DNA of 64,000 bases, taken from assembly GCF_004010195.1 (NCBI RefSeq), contig NC_057718.1, forward strand, positions 60,582,795 to 60,646,794, in the 5' to 3' direction. The position numbers and the translations under genes were made by a program. The notes below the pieces were generated by a model. That model was not told where the DNA came from and made no database searches. It was given only the letters and a program-made list of their open reading frames with translations. Of this stretch, positions 1 to 14,641 are shown piece by piece. Every line of letters starts with the position of its first letter. Within the stretch, counting starts at the first letter, position 1. Origin of the DNA: Chiloscyllium plagiosum. Its lineage: Eukaryota.

Positions 1-152
1 GCAGTGGTGGACTCTCCCTCTTTATGGGCATTTAAACGGGCATTGAATAGGCATATGGAGAATAGTGGGCTAGTGTAGATTAGGTGGGCTTGGATTGGCG
101 CAACATTGAGGGCCAAAGGGCCTGTACTGCGCTGTATTTTTCTATGTTCTAT
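1..152 (+). mobile_element. CR1-clade LINE 3' end
   Basis: Typical shark CR1 3' UTR (gagggccaaagggcctgtactgcgctgt) ending in a short ttctatg repeat tail. Confidence 0.8.
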
Positions 153-1395
153 AACTTCCCTCGTCAGCCACGGCCACCGATGGCTCGTCCGAGGATCTTT
201 CTTCCTTTTTGGGATGAACTGATCCTGCAACTTCTGCATTATACACATAAATATCCGCCATTGTTCCTCCACTGTCATCCCTGCTAAGGTATTGCACCAT
301 TGAACTTTGGCCAGCTCCTCCCTCATAGCTCCATAGTTCCCTTTATTCAACTGAAATATTGTCACTTCCGATTGTACCCTCTCCCTCTCAAATTGCAGAT
401 TGTAGCTTATTGTATTATGGTCACTACTTCCCAATGGCTCCTTCACTTCGAGGTCTCTGACCAATTCTGGTTCGTTACACAATACCAGATCCAGAATTGC
501 CTTCTCCCTGGTCGGCTCCAGCACCAGCTGCTCTAAGAATCCATCTCTGAGGCACTCCACAAAGTCTCTTTCTTGTGGCCCAATACCATCCTGATTCTCC
601 CAGTCTACCTGCATGTTAAAATCCCCCATAACAACTGTAGTGACATCTTTGCGACAGGCCAATTTCAGATCCTGATTTAACTTACATCCGACATCCAGAC
701 TACTGTTTGGGGGCCTACATGTTGCGCCCTTGGTCCTGACCACTGTTAGGAGGTCTATACACAACTCCAGTTATGTTTTTTTTGCCTTTGTGGTTCCTCA
801 ATTCCACCCACACAGACTCCACATCATCTGACGCTATGTCATTCAATACCATAGATTTAATTTTGTTCTTAACTAACAAGGCAACCCCACCCCCTCTGCC
901 CACCTCTCTGTCTTTTCGATAAGTTGAAAAACCATGGAGGTTTAACTGCCAGTCCTGACCCCCCCTGTAACCAAGTCTCTGTGATGCCTACTACATCATA
1001 ATCATTCACTATTATCTGTGCCATTAGTTCATCGGCTTTGTTACGAATGCTACAAGCATTCAGGTAAAGTGCCTTAATGCTAACATTCTTATCATTAGAG
1101 ATATTGGAAGTCATAAGATGTCCTAAGTTATCCTCCTTTTTGTTGCATTCCTAAACTGCCTCCAGGTTAAATCCACCTGCGTACATGCAATCTTCCTGCT
1201 TATCTTTCCATTTAACTCCATACTCCCTGTCGCTTTCACTTTCCCTTCCCCCCAACTCAGAAGTTTAAAGTCCTACTGAACACCCTATTTATCCTCTTCG
1301 CTAGAACATTGGTACTAGATCGGTTCAGGTGGAGACCGTCCCAACGGTATAGATCCCCCCGGTTCCAAAACTGATGCCATTGCCCAATGTCACAC
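153..1395 (-). mobile_element. CR1 LINE fragment: ORF1 esterase C-terminus plus ORF2 AP endonuclease, frameshifted
   Basis: Minus-strand peptides FWNRGDLYRWDGLHLN (SGNH esterase-like), YLNACSIRNK...VVGITETWL and GRGGGVALLVK...GVVYRPPNS (APE motifs). Confidence 0.9.
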
Positions 1396-2877
1396 CTGAT
1401 CTTGGAACACATCCTGCCAATGAGTAACCCGTGACTGCACAAATATAGAAAGTGATCCCGAGGGTGGCATTCAGTCCAGGATCTGAAAACTGCTGAAGGA
1501 ACATTGGTTTAGGATTGTCACCTTAGACAAGGTCAGTTTGCATAATGGGCAGGATGAATGTACTGGAATGAGAGGATCATGGCTTGATCTGTGACATTCT
1601 CTTTAGTGGACTTGAAAATCCTTTAAAATGCTGAAGAAACTAATTGATCCACTGCGTAATGCATGGAAATACCTGAAATAAAATGGCACCCACCTTAAGA
1701 AAAAAAAATGACTTTGTGCAGCCTGGGAAAAAACATATTCCAGACTATTTGACTTAAAATGCAGACTGTCTAGTTCAAAAATCAGATGAAGAGCAATTCT
1801 GTCAAACAACCTTACCAATCAGCAGTAAAAATATAACAGCACAAACATAGTAAACCCAGCACCTACTATCTCACCCCTACAGTAGGCACACTACAGAATC
1901 AGTGAAGCAACATATAAATTAGAGACAAATGTAGCTCCACTCTAAACCACTTAAGATAGATTGAAGACATTTTAAAGGATTGCTTGCAAATTAGCCTGCA
2001 GTGGAGTTTATAGGGGATTCATGGAAAATAATGCAATTTGTTGCATCTCAACTAAAATAAGGTTTGAATTGAAAGAAGCTACAAGGTCGATTTGTGTTAG
2101 GTAAAGCAAGCAGCAGCCAAACATTTCGAAGAAATTGCAGATTGCATCATGGTTTTAATACCCTTGACATTGTTATTTGTGAGAAACAGAAATTATTTTA
2201 AATCTTGTAGTCAATATTCTTTCATGAGGCAGGAAGAAAATGGTCACAAAATGCCAACCATTCTCTCCAATATTTGCAGATGAAGAAGTCTGAGGTAGCT
2301 TCCTTTTCAATCACATTTTCTCATGTTCATTGCATCACTTTGAGCTGATCACTCGTCACAATATCATTCTTTCTGAACAAGTTGCTTACCAAGCACAACA
2401 GATGCTGATAATCTATTTCAGTTGGTAAGAAGTAAAGCTATTAACTTATGCACTTATTAAGAACAGATATTGATATTCCAGGAAAGGGTTATTGTATTAA
2501 ATGACTACTCATTTAATTATAACACCAAGCTGCTAATTTTGCTGTTTCTATGCACCTTCTCACTGAGAAATAGCTAAACTAATAAATATTGGATGTAATC
2601 ACCTGGTCCAGTCATCTAAATCAGAATAACTCTTAACCTTTGAACCAGATGTTCACCTGTTTGAGTTCTACAATTATCTATCACATAAATAGAGTTTGCA
2701 CCCGGAACAAAAATACGCTTTTGCTCATATTGTGAAGTTTGGTCTCCCCTGTTCCTATTTAAAGATTCAGTCTAAGGTCAAAGATTAGCCATTACTATAT
2801 TCAGTAGCAGAACAGGGTCAAGGGATGCTGTAGCCCACTCTTGCTCTTATTTGTTATGTTCTTATGTTACATGTTAG

Positions 2878-3400
2878 AACAACAGCAGCTTGCATTCATA
2901 TAGCGCCTTTCCTGGAGTAAGACATTACAGGCTATTTAAGGCAGGTGACCAAGGGCTTTGTCAAAGAGGTAGGTTTTAAGGAGTATCTTAATGGAGGAAA
3001 GAGGGGAGATAGAGAGGTTTAGACATGGAATTCTAGAGCTCAGGGTCTTCACAACTGCAAGCATACTTGTCAATTGTGGCACAACAAAATCAGACGTGTA
3101 AAATGCCAAACATACAAAAGGAGAGTTTTCTGAAAACTTGAAAATTTGAAAACAATCTGAAAGGAGAAACCAGTAAGACTTGTGAATGTCACAAACTGAT
3201 TTAACTGATTTTGTGTACCATAAAATGGAGCTCATTTATTTATAATTATTACCGATTTTGCACTCTGGGATGGAGGAGAATTTTAAAATTGAAGAGTTGC
3301 TCAATTGGGAATTATTGTAGATAAGTGAACACGGGGTGAAGGATGGAGAGGACTTGCTACAAGTCAAGAGAGGAACAGTCATGTTTGGATAAGTTCACCT
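2878..3400 (-). mobile_element. Old L2-clade LINE 3' end
   Basis: Tail cagcttgcattcatatagcgcc and minus-strand ...KILLKTYLFDKA, the usual L2 ORF2 C-terminus. Confidence 0.65.
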
Positions 3401-4944
3401 CTATTACCAGTCTTGGCTAAAATGAGGAAGAAAGGGATGGAAAGCCGTCTGAAACAATTGGATGATTACTCAGCAATTTATGAAAGAAAAAATGGTTTCA
3501 CATTTTTGAAGCTGTGGTATCATCACAAAATTGAATATAAGCAAGCGTTTATCCAGTAAACTCTTAAAACTTGTTTATTCTTGTCAATTATCCTCTATCC
3601 CCCAACTCTCCATCCCCACCCAACCCAAAAGTACTTATTAAAACTCAAAAAGCATTCTCCCTCATTTGTATCTGGTGTTCTCGATAAATAGGAGGAAAGC
3701 AAGATTATCCAAGAATTCACCCACTGCCTAACTTGTCCTGAAGCTTTGGGAAACAATTGACTTTACCTATACTCCACCCCCATCATTAACATCAAACAGA
3801 CACTGAGGTACCCCATCGCTGAGAAAAAAGTGTTAGTATTCCATTGGTAATACAAGCAGTTGGACTCCAAAGCTATTTTATATCAAGTAGAATTAATCAT
3901 ACACTATGAACTAAAAAAAATGAACACAGTATAAGCATAAAGTTTTGCTCCTTCTGCTTTTTTAATTGGCTGACTATTACCATCGTTCATCAGAGGACCA
4001 TTGTCTGCACGTAAGAACAGCCCAGTTTTCCCTCGCAGTACACAAATTTGTTTGAGGCTATCCTTTCACAAAATTCGAATATTAATGGTCTTAAGTAATA
4101 AAATAATCTATTTTGTAAATGTGCAGCAGTGTTTGTTTAGAGTCCCTTCACAAAAAAGGGATAAACTATCACCAGGATGCTTGTCATTTGTTTTCAGATT
4201 CAAGGTCTAAATGGATTTGTCTGTAGCTGCCAATGTACAGTAGCTCACAATAAATGCAAATTCAGTTGATAAACATGGTAAGAAAAGGCTGCAATTTAAT
4301 CTGAAGTATGGCATTCATCAAAAACCGCAAAAAACAATATGCACAATTTCAGCATATTTTTAATTCACGAATTGTAAGAAATGGGATATCACCCCCGCCC
4401 CCAAGTGTTAAAATTAAGCTGCATCCATGTCTGCTCTTTTTAGTTCTTAGATTTGCTACAAAAACAAATGATGGCGCCATCTTGTCTGCCCCATGAACAT
4501 TGCAATAGAAATCTTAAGGATATGTTTGACCATTTTGGTTAATTCTTGGAGCAACAACTTTCCTACATGCAACATTTTAAGAAAGAACAAGCATACTGGT
4601 AAGCAGAATTTATAGAGCCACTGTGTATTTGTTTTCACTTTTCAAACAATGAGATAAAATGTTTGTAACAGTTAATTTTTTATATCTGTCATATCCCTAC
4701 TTCAGAATACCTTAGACTCATGAAAGTTCAGGTATATATTAGCTATAAGAGAAAAAGGTTTTGTGAAGCATTATTTTTTAAATTAAAACATAGATCCAAC
4801 TTCGTTATAAAATACAATCAAATGTAAACCATCTTCAGTCTTATAATTAGAGTGAATTATTAACTTAGATCTGTATTAGCACAACTATAAGCTTCTATTG
4901 ATTAATAGCAATGGGTTCAAATTGAACTTCTTTTCATCTATATT

Positions 4945-7299
4945 AATAGAACATAGAGCAGTACAGCACAGAACAGGCCCTTCAGCCCATGATGTTGTGC
5001 CGACCATTGATCCTCATGTGAGGTAAACCTAATGTACAAACCTTCAAATATCTGTGACCATATGCATGTCCAGCAGTCTCTTAAATATCCCCAATGACCC
5101 TGCTTCCACAACTGCTGCTGGCAATGCATTCCAAGCTCTCACAACTCTCTGTGTAAAGAACCCGCCTCTGACATCCCCTCTATACTTTCCGCCAAACAGC
5201 TTAAAGCTATGACACCTTGTGTTAATAATTTCTGCCCTGGGCAAAAGTCTCTGGCTATCAACTCTATCTATGCCTCTCATTATCTTGTAGACCTCAATGA
5301 GGTCCCCTCTCTTCCTTCTTTTTTTCCAATGAAAAAAGTCCGAGCTCAGTCAACCTCTCTTCGTAAGATATGCCCTCCATTCCAGGCAGCATCCTGGTAA
5401 ACCTCTTCTGAACCCTCTCCAACGCATCCACATCTTTCCTATAATAGGGCGACCAGAACTGGACACAGTATTCCAAGTGCGGTCTAACCAAAGGTTTATA
5501 GAGCTGCAATAAGATCTCACGGCTCTTAAACTCAATCCCACTGTTAATGAAAGCCAAAACACCAAATGATTTCTTAACAACCCTGTCCACTTGGGTGAAA
5601 ATTTTACGGGATCTATGTACCTGCACACCAAGATCCCACTGTCCCTCCACACTGCCAAGAATCCTGTCTTTAACCCTGTACTCAACTTTCAAGTTCGACC
5701 TTCCAAAATGCATCACTTTGCATTTATCCAGGTTGAACTCCATCTGCCACCTCTCAGCCCATCTCTGCATTCTGTTAATGTCATGCTGCAGCCTACAACA
5801 GTCCTCTATACTGTCAACGACACCTCCAACCTTTGTGTCATCTGCAAACTTGCTAACCCATCCTTCAATCTCCTCATCCAAGTCATTAATAAAAATTACA
5901 AAGAGTAGAGGCCCAAGAAAGAGCCCTGTGGAACACCACTCACCACTGACTTCCAGGCAGAATACTTTCTTTCCACTACCACTCGCTGTTTTCTGTCGAC
6001 CAGCCAATTCTGTATCCAGACAGCTAAATTTCCCTGTATTCCATTGCTCTTGATCTTCTGAACGAGCCTACCATGGGGAACCTTATCAAATGCCTTGCTG
6101 AAGTCCACATACACCATATCCACCGCGCGGCCCTCATCAACTTGTCTAGTAACATCCTCAAAGAACTCAATAAGATTTGTGAGAAATGACCTGCTCCTCA
6201 CAAAGCTGTGTTGACTGCATTTAATCAAGCCATGCCCTTCCAGTATGGTCATAAATCCTATCCCTCAGAATCCTTTCTAACACCTTGCAGATGACAGGTG
6301 TGAGACTGACTATAATTGCCGGGGATATCCCTATTTCCTTTCTTGAAGAGAGGAATTACATTTGCCTCCCTCCAGTCCGCAGGTACGACTCCGGAGGATG
6401 CAAAGATCTTCGCAAGCGGCGAAGCAATTGCATTTCTCGCTTCCCAAAGCAGCTGAGGACAAATCTGGTCTGGCCCTGGCAACTTGTCAATCTTAATGTT
6501 TGTCAAAATTTTCAGCACATCAGCTTCCTCAATCTCTATCCGTTCCAGTATGTGTACCTGCTCCTCAATGGTTTCATTCCTACAAGGTCCTTTTCTTTAG
6601 TAAAGACAGAAGCAAAAAACTCATTTAGGGCTTCCCCTACCTCCTCAGACTATATAAAAGTTCCCTATGCTATCCCTGATCGGCCCTGTTCCTTCTTTGA
6701 TCATTCTCTTATTCCTCACATATGTGTAAAATGCCTTTGGATTCTCTCTAATCCTTCTTGCAAAGCCTTTTTGGTGCCCCCTCCTGGCTCTCCTCAGACC
6801 ACTATTGAGCTCCTTCCTCACCTGCCTGTAATCCTCTAGAGCTGAGCAAGACCCTTGCTTCCTCCACCTTACGTAAGCTTCCTTCTTCTTTTGATGAGAA
6901 GCTCCTCAGCTCTCGTCATCTAAGGTTCCTTTATCTTACTCTTTCTTGCCTGTCTCAGAGGAACATATTTATGCATCACTCGCAACAACTGTTCCTTAAA
7001 CAGTCTCCACATGTCTATAGTGCCCTTTCCATGGAACAATTACTCCCAGTCCATGCTTCCCAACTCATGTCTGATAGCATCATAGTTTCCTTTTCCCCAA
7101 TTAATTATCCTCCCATTGTGCCTGCTTCTCTCCTTCTCCATAGCTATGTAGAATGTCAGGCAGTTGTGGTCACCATCACCAAAATGCTCTTCCACTGCAA
7201 GATCTGACACCTGCCCCGGCTCATTGCCGAGCACCAAATCCAAAATGGACTCTCCCCTCGTCGGCCTGTCAACGTACTGAGCTAGGAAACCCTCCTGAA
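4945..7299 (-). mobile_element. 5'-truncated CR1 LINE (end of EN, RT, 3' UTR), frameshifted
   Basis: Peptides PTRGESILDLVL, DFSKAFDKVPH, GVPQGS, KFADDTK and LVRPHLEYCVQFWSP; tail (atagaac)n at ~4945. Confidence 0.95.
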
Positions 7300-8579
7300 T
7301 TAATGAAGACAATATTCTGATGAACTGGTAGCTAAATGAATTTGTTATGAATGTATCAATGCAATTGTGTACTAATTCCATTCAGTACAATTTCACCACA
7401 AAAAATAAAAGGAAGGTGACTAGATTGTTAATTTTCCCAGCATATAAATTGCTTATTCATTTTACAGCTTTCTGAGGTTCAAAGTCATGGCACACAGGTT
7501 GCTTCTCAATCCTGAGAAGAAGTGAATATAGATGCAGAAGTGTGAAGCATACACCAGATTTTACATTGTTGTGGATTGCCTCCTTCCTAGCTATTAACAG
7601 AGGTCTAAGTGGATCTGTACCCATGCAGAGCTTGCATGTGCTGATTCCAAAAGTATTAGCAATGCTTCAGTGTCACACATTGAGGTCAACATCAAGATGA
7701 CTCCATCTTGCTCTTTTTGCCCCATTAGTTGCTTGATGGCCTGTATTGTACTGTCACTCCCTAATCACATTCTCCTTATTTCATCATAACATTAAATTGG
7801 TAATTTTACAGTCCAGTTGATTCGACTTAAGAGAATTCCTTACAAATTCATATTTCTATTGTTGAACAGAAATTGGAAAACTCACAAGTGTTTCTGTTTA
7901 CCATTATTTTATTCAGTCTTGTGACCTGAATACAGCTAGCTGTAAATTTCTGTAATGGGGATTTGTTCTGCCTGAATTAGACCTTTTAGTATGTTTATAT
8001 CCTAGATTACACACATTCATGCTCATGTTCAATAAATACCTTTTCATTTTTAATCAAAGTATGGCAAGTTTGCATTGTAAACAGCATTAGTTGCCAGGGT
8101 TTTGTAGGATGCAGTTTACAAATTGCTGCCTACAGATAAATGCCATGTGACCGTAAGATTGAGATACTCATAATGTCTTTAATATCACTTTATGATGGCA
8201 GAAGCAAGAGGGTGTGACCGTGAGGCATGAAGGTGCGGGGAATCCACCATATAATGGTGGAGGAGTTTCAGCCCTTTATTTTGAACAACAGATGTGAAGT
8301 ACTTAGGACCTGGGTGGCTCAGATCAATGTTTGCAAATTGATGGGCAAACTGACCACAGCAGGATATCTTACAAGTAGGTAGTCAGGGAAAAAATAGTCA
8401 GGGAAATAGATACAAGTCCTTGCAGCCAATATTTGCAGTTACAAAGGTTGCCTGCCTGGTGCCAGTTGCTATGCCATGAAGGAACCCAATGATGTGAGTC
8501 ACACTGGAAGTGAAATTCTGTTGAGAGGCTTTGAATAGCTAGGGTCAAAATTAATAGCACAGATCCTCAGAAGTCACAA

Positions 8580-8990
8580 GTCTCATTCCAGAAATAGATA
8601 GTAACCTTGGGGATAAATAGTGAGGAAATGAAGGAAGTTAATATCAATGGAGAAAATGTATTGGAGAAATTTAATTGACTAAAATGCAAGAGATCTATGA
8701 GAGTTGCACCCTGAAATTCTAAAGGAGGTAGTGACATCACACTGACTTTTTTAATTTTCCAAAACTCTACAGGTTCATGTCTATTAGAATGGATGCTGAC
8801 AAATGTTGGGCCATTTAAGAAAGGAGAGAGATTTAAAACAGAGAAGGACAGAGCAATTAACCTAAAATCAATGGTTGGGAAAGTGCTGGAATCCATTATT
8901 AAGGAAATCCTAATGATCATTAGAAACAAGTATCATTAGAATATGTCAACATGTTTCTTTTAATCAAAAACGCATCCTGTTTGACAACAT
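8580..8990 (+). mobile_element. Degenerate CR1 RT-region fragment
   Basis: Decayed match to W..ANV.PLFKKG and VGKVLESIIK motifs; interrupted at ~8990 by a PLE. Confidence 0.65.
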
Positions 8991-8991
8991 T

Positions 8992-9700
8992 TGTGGAGAG
9001 AAGGCAGAGTTTATGTTTTGGGTCCAGTGACTGTTCTACAGAACGGATTGTAACTGGGAAAAGATTGGTATATATATGCTGAAAATGGGGTAGGCGAAGG
9101 GGAAGGAGTAAACAATAAGGGATATGGAGACTAGAGAGAGAGAAAAACAGTTGGTCAGACAAAAGAATTGGTAAAGATCAGCCTCGGAGAATGAGTCGCT
9201 GCCAACAGGTCTTCTAGTAGTTGACAATTGGCTGTTTGTGGTGGCAACCCATATGAGGTCTGGTGTGTGGGGTTTGAAGTAAGGACTTGGGAGAAGGTGC
9301 TCAATATTGAATGCAGATGGCTCAGGATCCCCCATTTGGATGCCAGGCATTATCATCACATTGCTTCTACCTCAAACACCCCATTGTCAGCTACTATTGG
9401 TGCCCATTAGCAGTTATTTCTTGTCCTAAGCTGACTTTTACTCACTCCTTCATTGCTCAACTGTTTTTCTCTTTGTTTGGTCTCCATCTCCATTTATTGT
9501 TTACTCCTCCATCCTCCTTCCATTCAACATCAGCATATATACCAAACTTTTCCCAGCTATAACCAGTTCAAAAGAAGAGTCACTGGACCCAGAATGTTAA
9601 CTTTGATTTCTTTCCACAGATGCTGCCAGACCTGCTGAGTTTTTTTTCCAGCAATTTCTCTTTCTGTTTCAGATTTCCAGTATCTCCACTTCTTTGGGTT
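8992..9700. mobile_element. Old Penelope-like element terminus in inverted (hairpin) arrangement
   Basis: 9000-9250 is a diverged reverse complement of ~9380-9620. The right arm ends in gatgctgccagacctgctgag...ccagca, the same terminus as the family-1 PLEs, with a decayed hammerhead at ~9568-9600. Confidence 0.7.
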
Positions 9701-10114
9701 TCTGTTTTATATTAATAGAGATTTTTTTATAAGTTAATTATTCTGTCATGTGACTGCAGCAGCGAATAACTGTCAGAGGCCAATTTCATAAAAGTGAGAA
9801 TGAAAATTGAAAGTTGAGACTTTCATTCTGAGATGAATTGTAACAACTGTACTAACTGTTTTATCTTAAAGTACCTTGTGGCTCTCAAGCTCTAAGCTTT
9901 TAGCAAAGGTTTAGGAATATACTTGATCTAGTTCTGCATCTCTGAACACTGATTGGAACATATTTGTCTAAATTTGTAAGGCCTATGTTGAACTGCCAAT
10001 TCTTTAAGTATCAGCAAATGCCTAACCCTTAGATTTTTGAACCTGAAGAGATGATTGTTACTTTGCAGCAGGGGCACTATGTTTGGATTGGAAGCCATCA
10101 ATGTCAAGAACAAC

Positions 10115-10460
10115 TTTTTTTATTTGTTCACAGGACAAGGACGTCACTGGCTAGGTTAGCATTTATTGTCCATCCCTAGTTGCCCAGAAGACAGTTAAAG
10201 GTCAATCACATTGCTATCACATATAAGCCAGACCAGGTAAGGATGGCAGTTTCATTCCCTAAAGGATATTAGTGATCCAGATGTGTTTTTCCAACAACTG
10301 GCAATGGATTTGTGGTCATCATTAGATTTTTAGTTCCAGATTTGTGTTAAATACAAATTCCACCAGCTGCTGTGGCAAGATTCAAACCTAGGCCACCAGA
10401 AAAATTACCTGCTTCTCTGTGTTAACAGTCCAGTGATAATATCACTAGGCTACTGCTTTT
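10115..10460 (-). mobile_element. tRNA-derived SINE (second shark family)
   Basis: Reverse complement of the family at 14045-14388 (ccagaccaggtaaggatggcag..., A-rich tail). Confidence 0.75.
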
Positions 10461-11539
10461 CCAGGTGTCCGCAATTTTTGTAGGATGACCTCTAACATGA
10501 AAAAGAGCAGTAGTTTCTTGGGATATTGTAAATCCTACATTTGTTTCAAAAGCTGTGTTTTGGTTAAATGAGAGGAGAGGAGATCATCGTCTTCAATGGA
10601 AGGAATGCATGCCATTTGCAGACTCAGCCAAGATTTCCTTTTGGAATAGATATGTGCGGACTTCTGAAACTTTCTATCTTAAACTATAAAGTTACTCCCT
10701 ATCTGCATATTGAGTATGCTCAAAAGCACCTTCTAAGGATAAATACTTTCAGTCATTAATTGTATAAAGCTATGTCTGTATAATTCATTCCAGAAGTTTC
10801 TATGAAACCCATAAGGGCTTTCTCAGCTCTTTCTCAATTCAACTCTTTCACCTTTTGCCTGGACTTGAATATGATCCAGACTGAAGGCAGTATCGTTTGT
10901 TCTCACAGCTTCCAATGTTACTTTACACACGGAAAATAAAAATATTCACTTTCTGTTAGAAGGAATAAATGTCAAACAGATTTTCCAGAATTGTTGGATT
11001 TGGAACTTGCTACTTTTGAGAACGTAATCTTCTTAGTGGCAGTGAAAATTCAGCAGCCAATCACAATGGACAATTCAATAATTCAGTATTGATGTTTAAA
11101 ACTTCAAGTAGCCATTTAGTGGGGGAGTTTTCAATTTTAGCTGAAAATAACTGAATCACGTAAGAAAATACCTTTTTAAATGTACAGTCAAAGTATTCAA
11201 AATATATTTTGAATGCCTAAACCTAAAGAAATTATATAATTTCAAGATAGTAGTAATATAGTTAGAAGTAATAGTGCTAAATTACACAGGTGCAAGTATT
11301 GACAGAAGAATGTTTAAAAGGATATTGCTACCTTTTATGCCTTGAGCTATGCAGAGATGAGTTAACAGGCTATGTTGTGTGAGTTGAGTAAGCATTACTG
11401 ATAACCATTGATTGTGCTCTATTTTGTTTCCTCCTTGGGTAACAACATCATCAAACAGGCTGAACAGCACATCGACATCTGACAAAGCTGATGACATAAT
11501 CTTCCGGAATGTGCTGGGTGCCGAATTTAATTCACAAGG

Positions 11540-12560
11540 CTTTCTGTGGCATACCCACCTTTGCGTGTCTCAAAAGCTGTAAACATATTGATTTTGTTCC
11601 ACTAGTGGCGTCTCATGTCGGTTCCACAAAGAGTCTGAGACATTTAATAATATTGATAGTTCCAAAATAGTAGGAAGTAGATAGTCTTCTGGAATGATAG
11701 CTTTGTTGACCACCTTAAATTCAACAGGTAGTCTAAGTTTGCTGTTTTTATGTTGATTAGGTTCAATATCCACGGTCTTAGGTTGATTCACTCAATTACA
11801 CTGAGTTGTTTCAGCTCGCATGACACTTTGGCATGGTTTGTAAATGGCAATGTTCGCAAATTGTGCAAGATTGGCAAATTAATGAATCACTGAGGGAGCA
11901 TGACAGTAACACTTAATCTTCCCAGATTGGCTAAATAAGGAAGGATTCTGGCTCATATAATCTGGGCCATTGATCACACAAATGATTCACACCAATCAGC
12001 AATTTTTCCATCATAAGGTTTCTGATGCTGGGTACATAGAACGTGAATCTATCTATGGTGATATGTTTGTAATTTGATGGAATACAATTCATTTCCAAAA
12101 TTGGAATCATTGAGTCGTCATAAATTTGAAGACACTCCATCTCAGAAGTGAAGAAAGGTTAAAAAAAATGGTAAAATGTGGATGTAAATGTGAAACAGAA
12201 ACATTCGCTCCAGCATTGAGGAGCTGACTGTGGTTTCAACTAAGCATTCCTCAAAATCATTTTGTGCTTTACCTTCTCTGGTAATGTACACATTCCATTC
12301 CTTATTGTCAGCAGAGTTTCCTCCATATTTGAAACCAATAGAATCCTCTTCTTCTTTGACACAAATAGCTTTTCAAAGTGATTCCACTTTAAGCTGAGCC
12401 AGGAGGAACGAATTGAACTTATCTGAAGTTTGCCTCTCCTTGAAGATCAGCTGCTGACCTTCTTCTACTTACTAGGATATCCTCAGTGGCATCAATATTA
12501 TATTGTGAGAGCTGATCATAATGTTGTACTACCTTGTCAATTGTGGAGGAATAAACAAAA
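11540..12560 (-). mobile_element. Decayed Ty3/Gypsy gag-pol fragment
   Basis: Minus-strand KNSKLRLPVEFKVVNKAIIPEDYLLPTILEL (Gypsy RT N-terminus), preceded by protease/gag-like remnants. Confidence 0.7.
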
Positions 12561-14044
12561 TGTGTTCAATGTGGCTACATAGTGTTGAGTTCATGGATGA
12601 GTCTCCTAGATCAATATATTACACAAAGATGGTGAGGAGGCGAGGTTGGGATTTTTTTTATCACTGTTGAGAAATTGAGGGTTGAAGAACTGTGTAACCC
12701 ATCTTTTGAAACTGTGAACGCTTATCTTTTGGAAGTTTACTGGTCTTGAAAGATTGCTCCACTTGCAAGTGTCCTGTTCATGAGCAGCTTAGTGAGACAG
12801 TATGGAATGTTTGAATGAGAACAAGGGCATATTTTGAGCTCAATAGAGAAATCAAACCCTAAAAAAAAGCTGATTGAAGTAATTACAAATAAGGGCTTCA
12901 CTTTTGACTGAAAGAAAATAAAATAGGAGATGAAGGTAAAACAAATGTCATCCTCACCACGATGAGGCCAGTGGCTTTTGATATAGTGTCCAATCAGTGT
13001 TACCTGAGGGACCCTGTACTATGGAATACACTAAAATAAATTAGATTATTATGGCTTGGCTAAGAATCACACTGAGATTTGCATTCCATCAAAGGAAATG
13101 GTTGCCAAGTGAGACAGTAGCAGAGTGCATTCTTGACCTAAAGCAATTCTCTTGCCACTGTGGGTGTTACATTGTTAAAAATGATTTAGGAACTGTACAT
13201 TCATGTGTATGTCTGCAGAAGTATCCAGAGTACTATATCACTCACTACTGCATTACAGTTTGTGTGTTGAACTAACAAGGTATTAGTCCACAGCAAGTGG
13301 TGAGATGTCAGAAGCACTAGCATTTCAGTCTCAAAATATGGCTCTTTGGTACTTCTGAAAAGCACAAGATACAGTTGATGGCTGCAGTTGTCGGTGAGCA
13401 AAAGGCAAGCATTATAAATGAAATAAGTGCTGAATTAAATTGAGAAAAATAAAAGCAACTCAAGTTAATGCCAGATGGGAAGAAATTAACAGAGTGTATG
13501 ATACAAAAATTAAAATAGATGCTGATAGAGTAATGAGCACACATGCCCAGTTCATGAAGCCAGTGATGTCATCGAGGTATTTAAGAATTTAAAATATAAG
13601 TTCAAATTGACACTTGGTAATTTTTGAAAAAGTACAAGTGAAAAGGAAAGGGTCAGCTCCATCCTTTTGTGGGCAGGAGAGAAATATTTGGGTATTTTTA
13701 ATCGCTGGAAGTTGAGTGAGGATGATAGAAAAGAAACTAGACAAAATTCCAAAAACTTTCAGCACCTAGCTCCAGTCAAAGTCAAACACCGATCTGAAAT
13801 TCTGAGCTTGAATCAGCAATCATATGAGCCCTGTTAATACAGTAAATTTGTTAGTGAGATTGTGAAATGCAAAAGGCACACATATCTTCAAAGAAATAGT
13901 GAAAACTCATTTGGGGCTTTGTACACCCTCAAATACAAAGAAAATTTTGCTTTTCTATCCATTCATGGGACAAGAGCATCAATGGCTAGTTACAAAGGAT
14001 AAGCTTGCAATACTAAGGGCTATTGACACTGCCAAAGCACAAGA

Positions 14045-14388
14045 GGAGGCGATTGCCTAGTGGTATTATCGCTGGACTGTTAATCCAGAGACCCAGGTAA
14101 TATTTTGGGGACGTGGGCCTACAGTGTAAAAAGTGGAATTTTAATCCAATAAAAATCTGAAACTAAAAGTCAAATAATGACCATTGCCAATTGTCAGAAA
14201 AATTGCCAATCTGGTTCACTAAAGTATTTTAGGGAAGGAAAATACCATTCTTAACTGGGCTGGCCTACATGTGACTCCAGGCCCACAGCAATGTAGTTGA
14301 CTCATATCTGCTCTCTGGGCAATTGGGAATGGGCATTAAATGTTGGCTTAGCTTGTGACGCCCTCATCCAAAGAACAAACAAATCAAA
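14045..14388 (+). mobile_element. tRNA-derived SINE (second shark family) inserted in Gypsy gag
   Basis: Head ggaggcgattgcctagtggtattatcgctggactgttaatccagagacc; tail (aaac)n. Confidence 0.75.
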
Positions 14389-14641
14389 CCCACAAGTAGA
14401 CAAGTGAAGACACTGGCTAAGCAAATGGCTAGCCTTCAGTTAAGACAAGGGTTGATGCAATTAAACAGCAACAATAAAATGCACACCAGACAGAGAGGAA
14501 GCTGTTCACAGAGTTTTGGACAATGACATGAATCCACAATCAGAAGAAAATGTCCTGGACATGAAAATTATAGAGATCATGGAATGCCCAGTCACTGGAA
14601 AAGAATGAGCAGAACAAAGAAAGAAAATGGCAAAGCACCAG

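Noticed and set aside
4198-4278. AG...GT-bounded exon-like segment on +
   Set aside because: Stop codons in all three frames; no support as coding.
5294-6007. 237-aa ORF and overlapping antisense ORFs
   Set aside because: These are frameshifted CR1 ORF2 pieces and their shadows.
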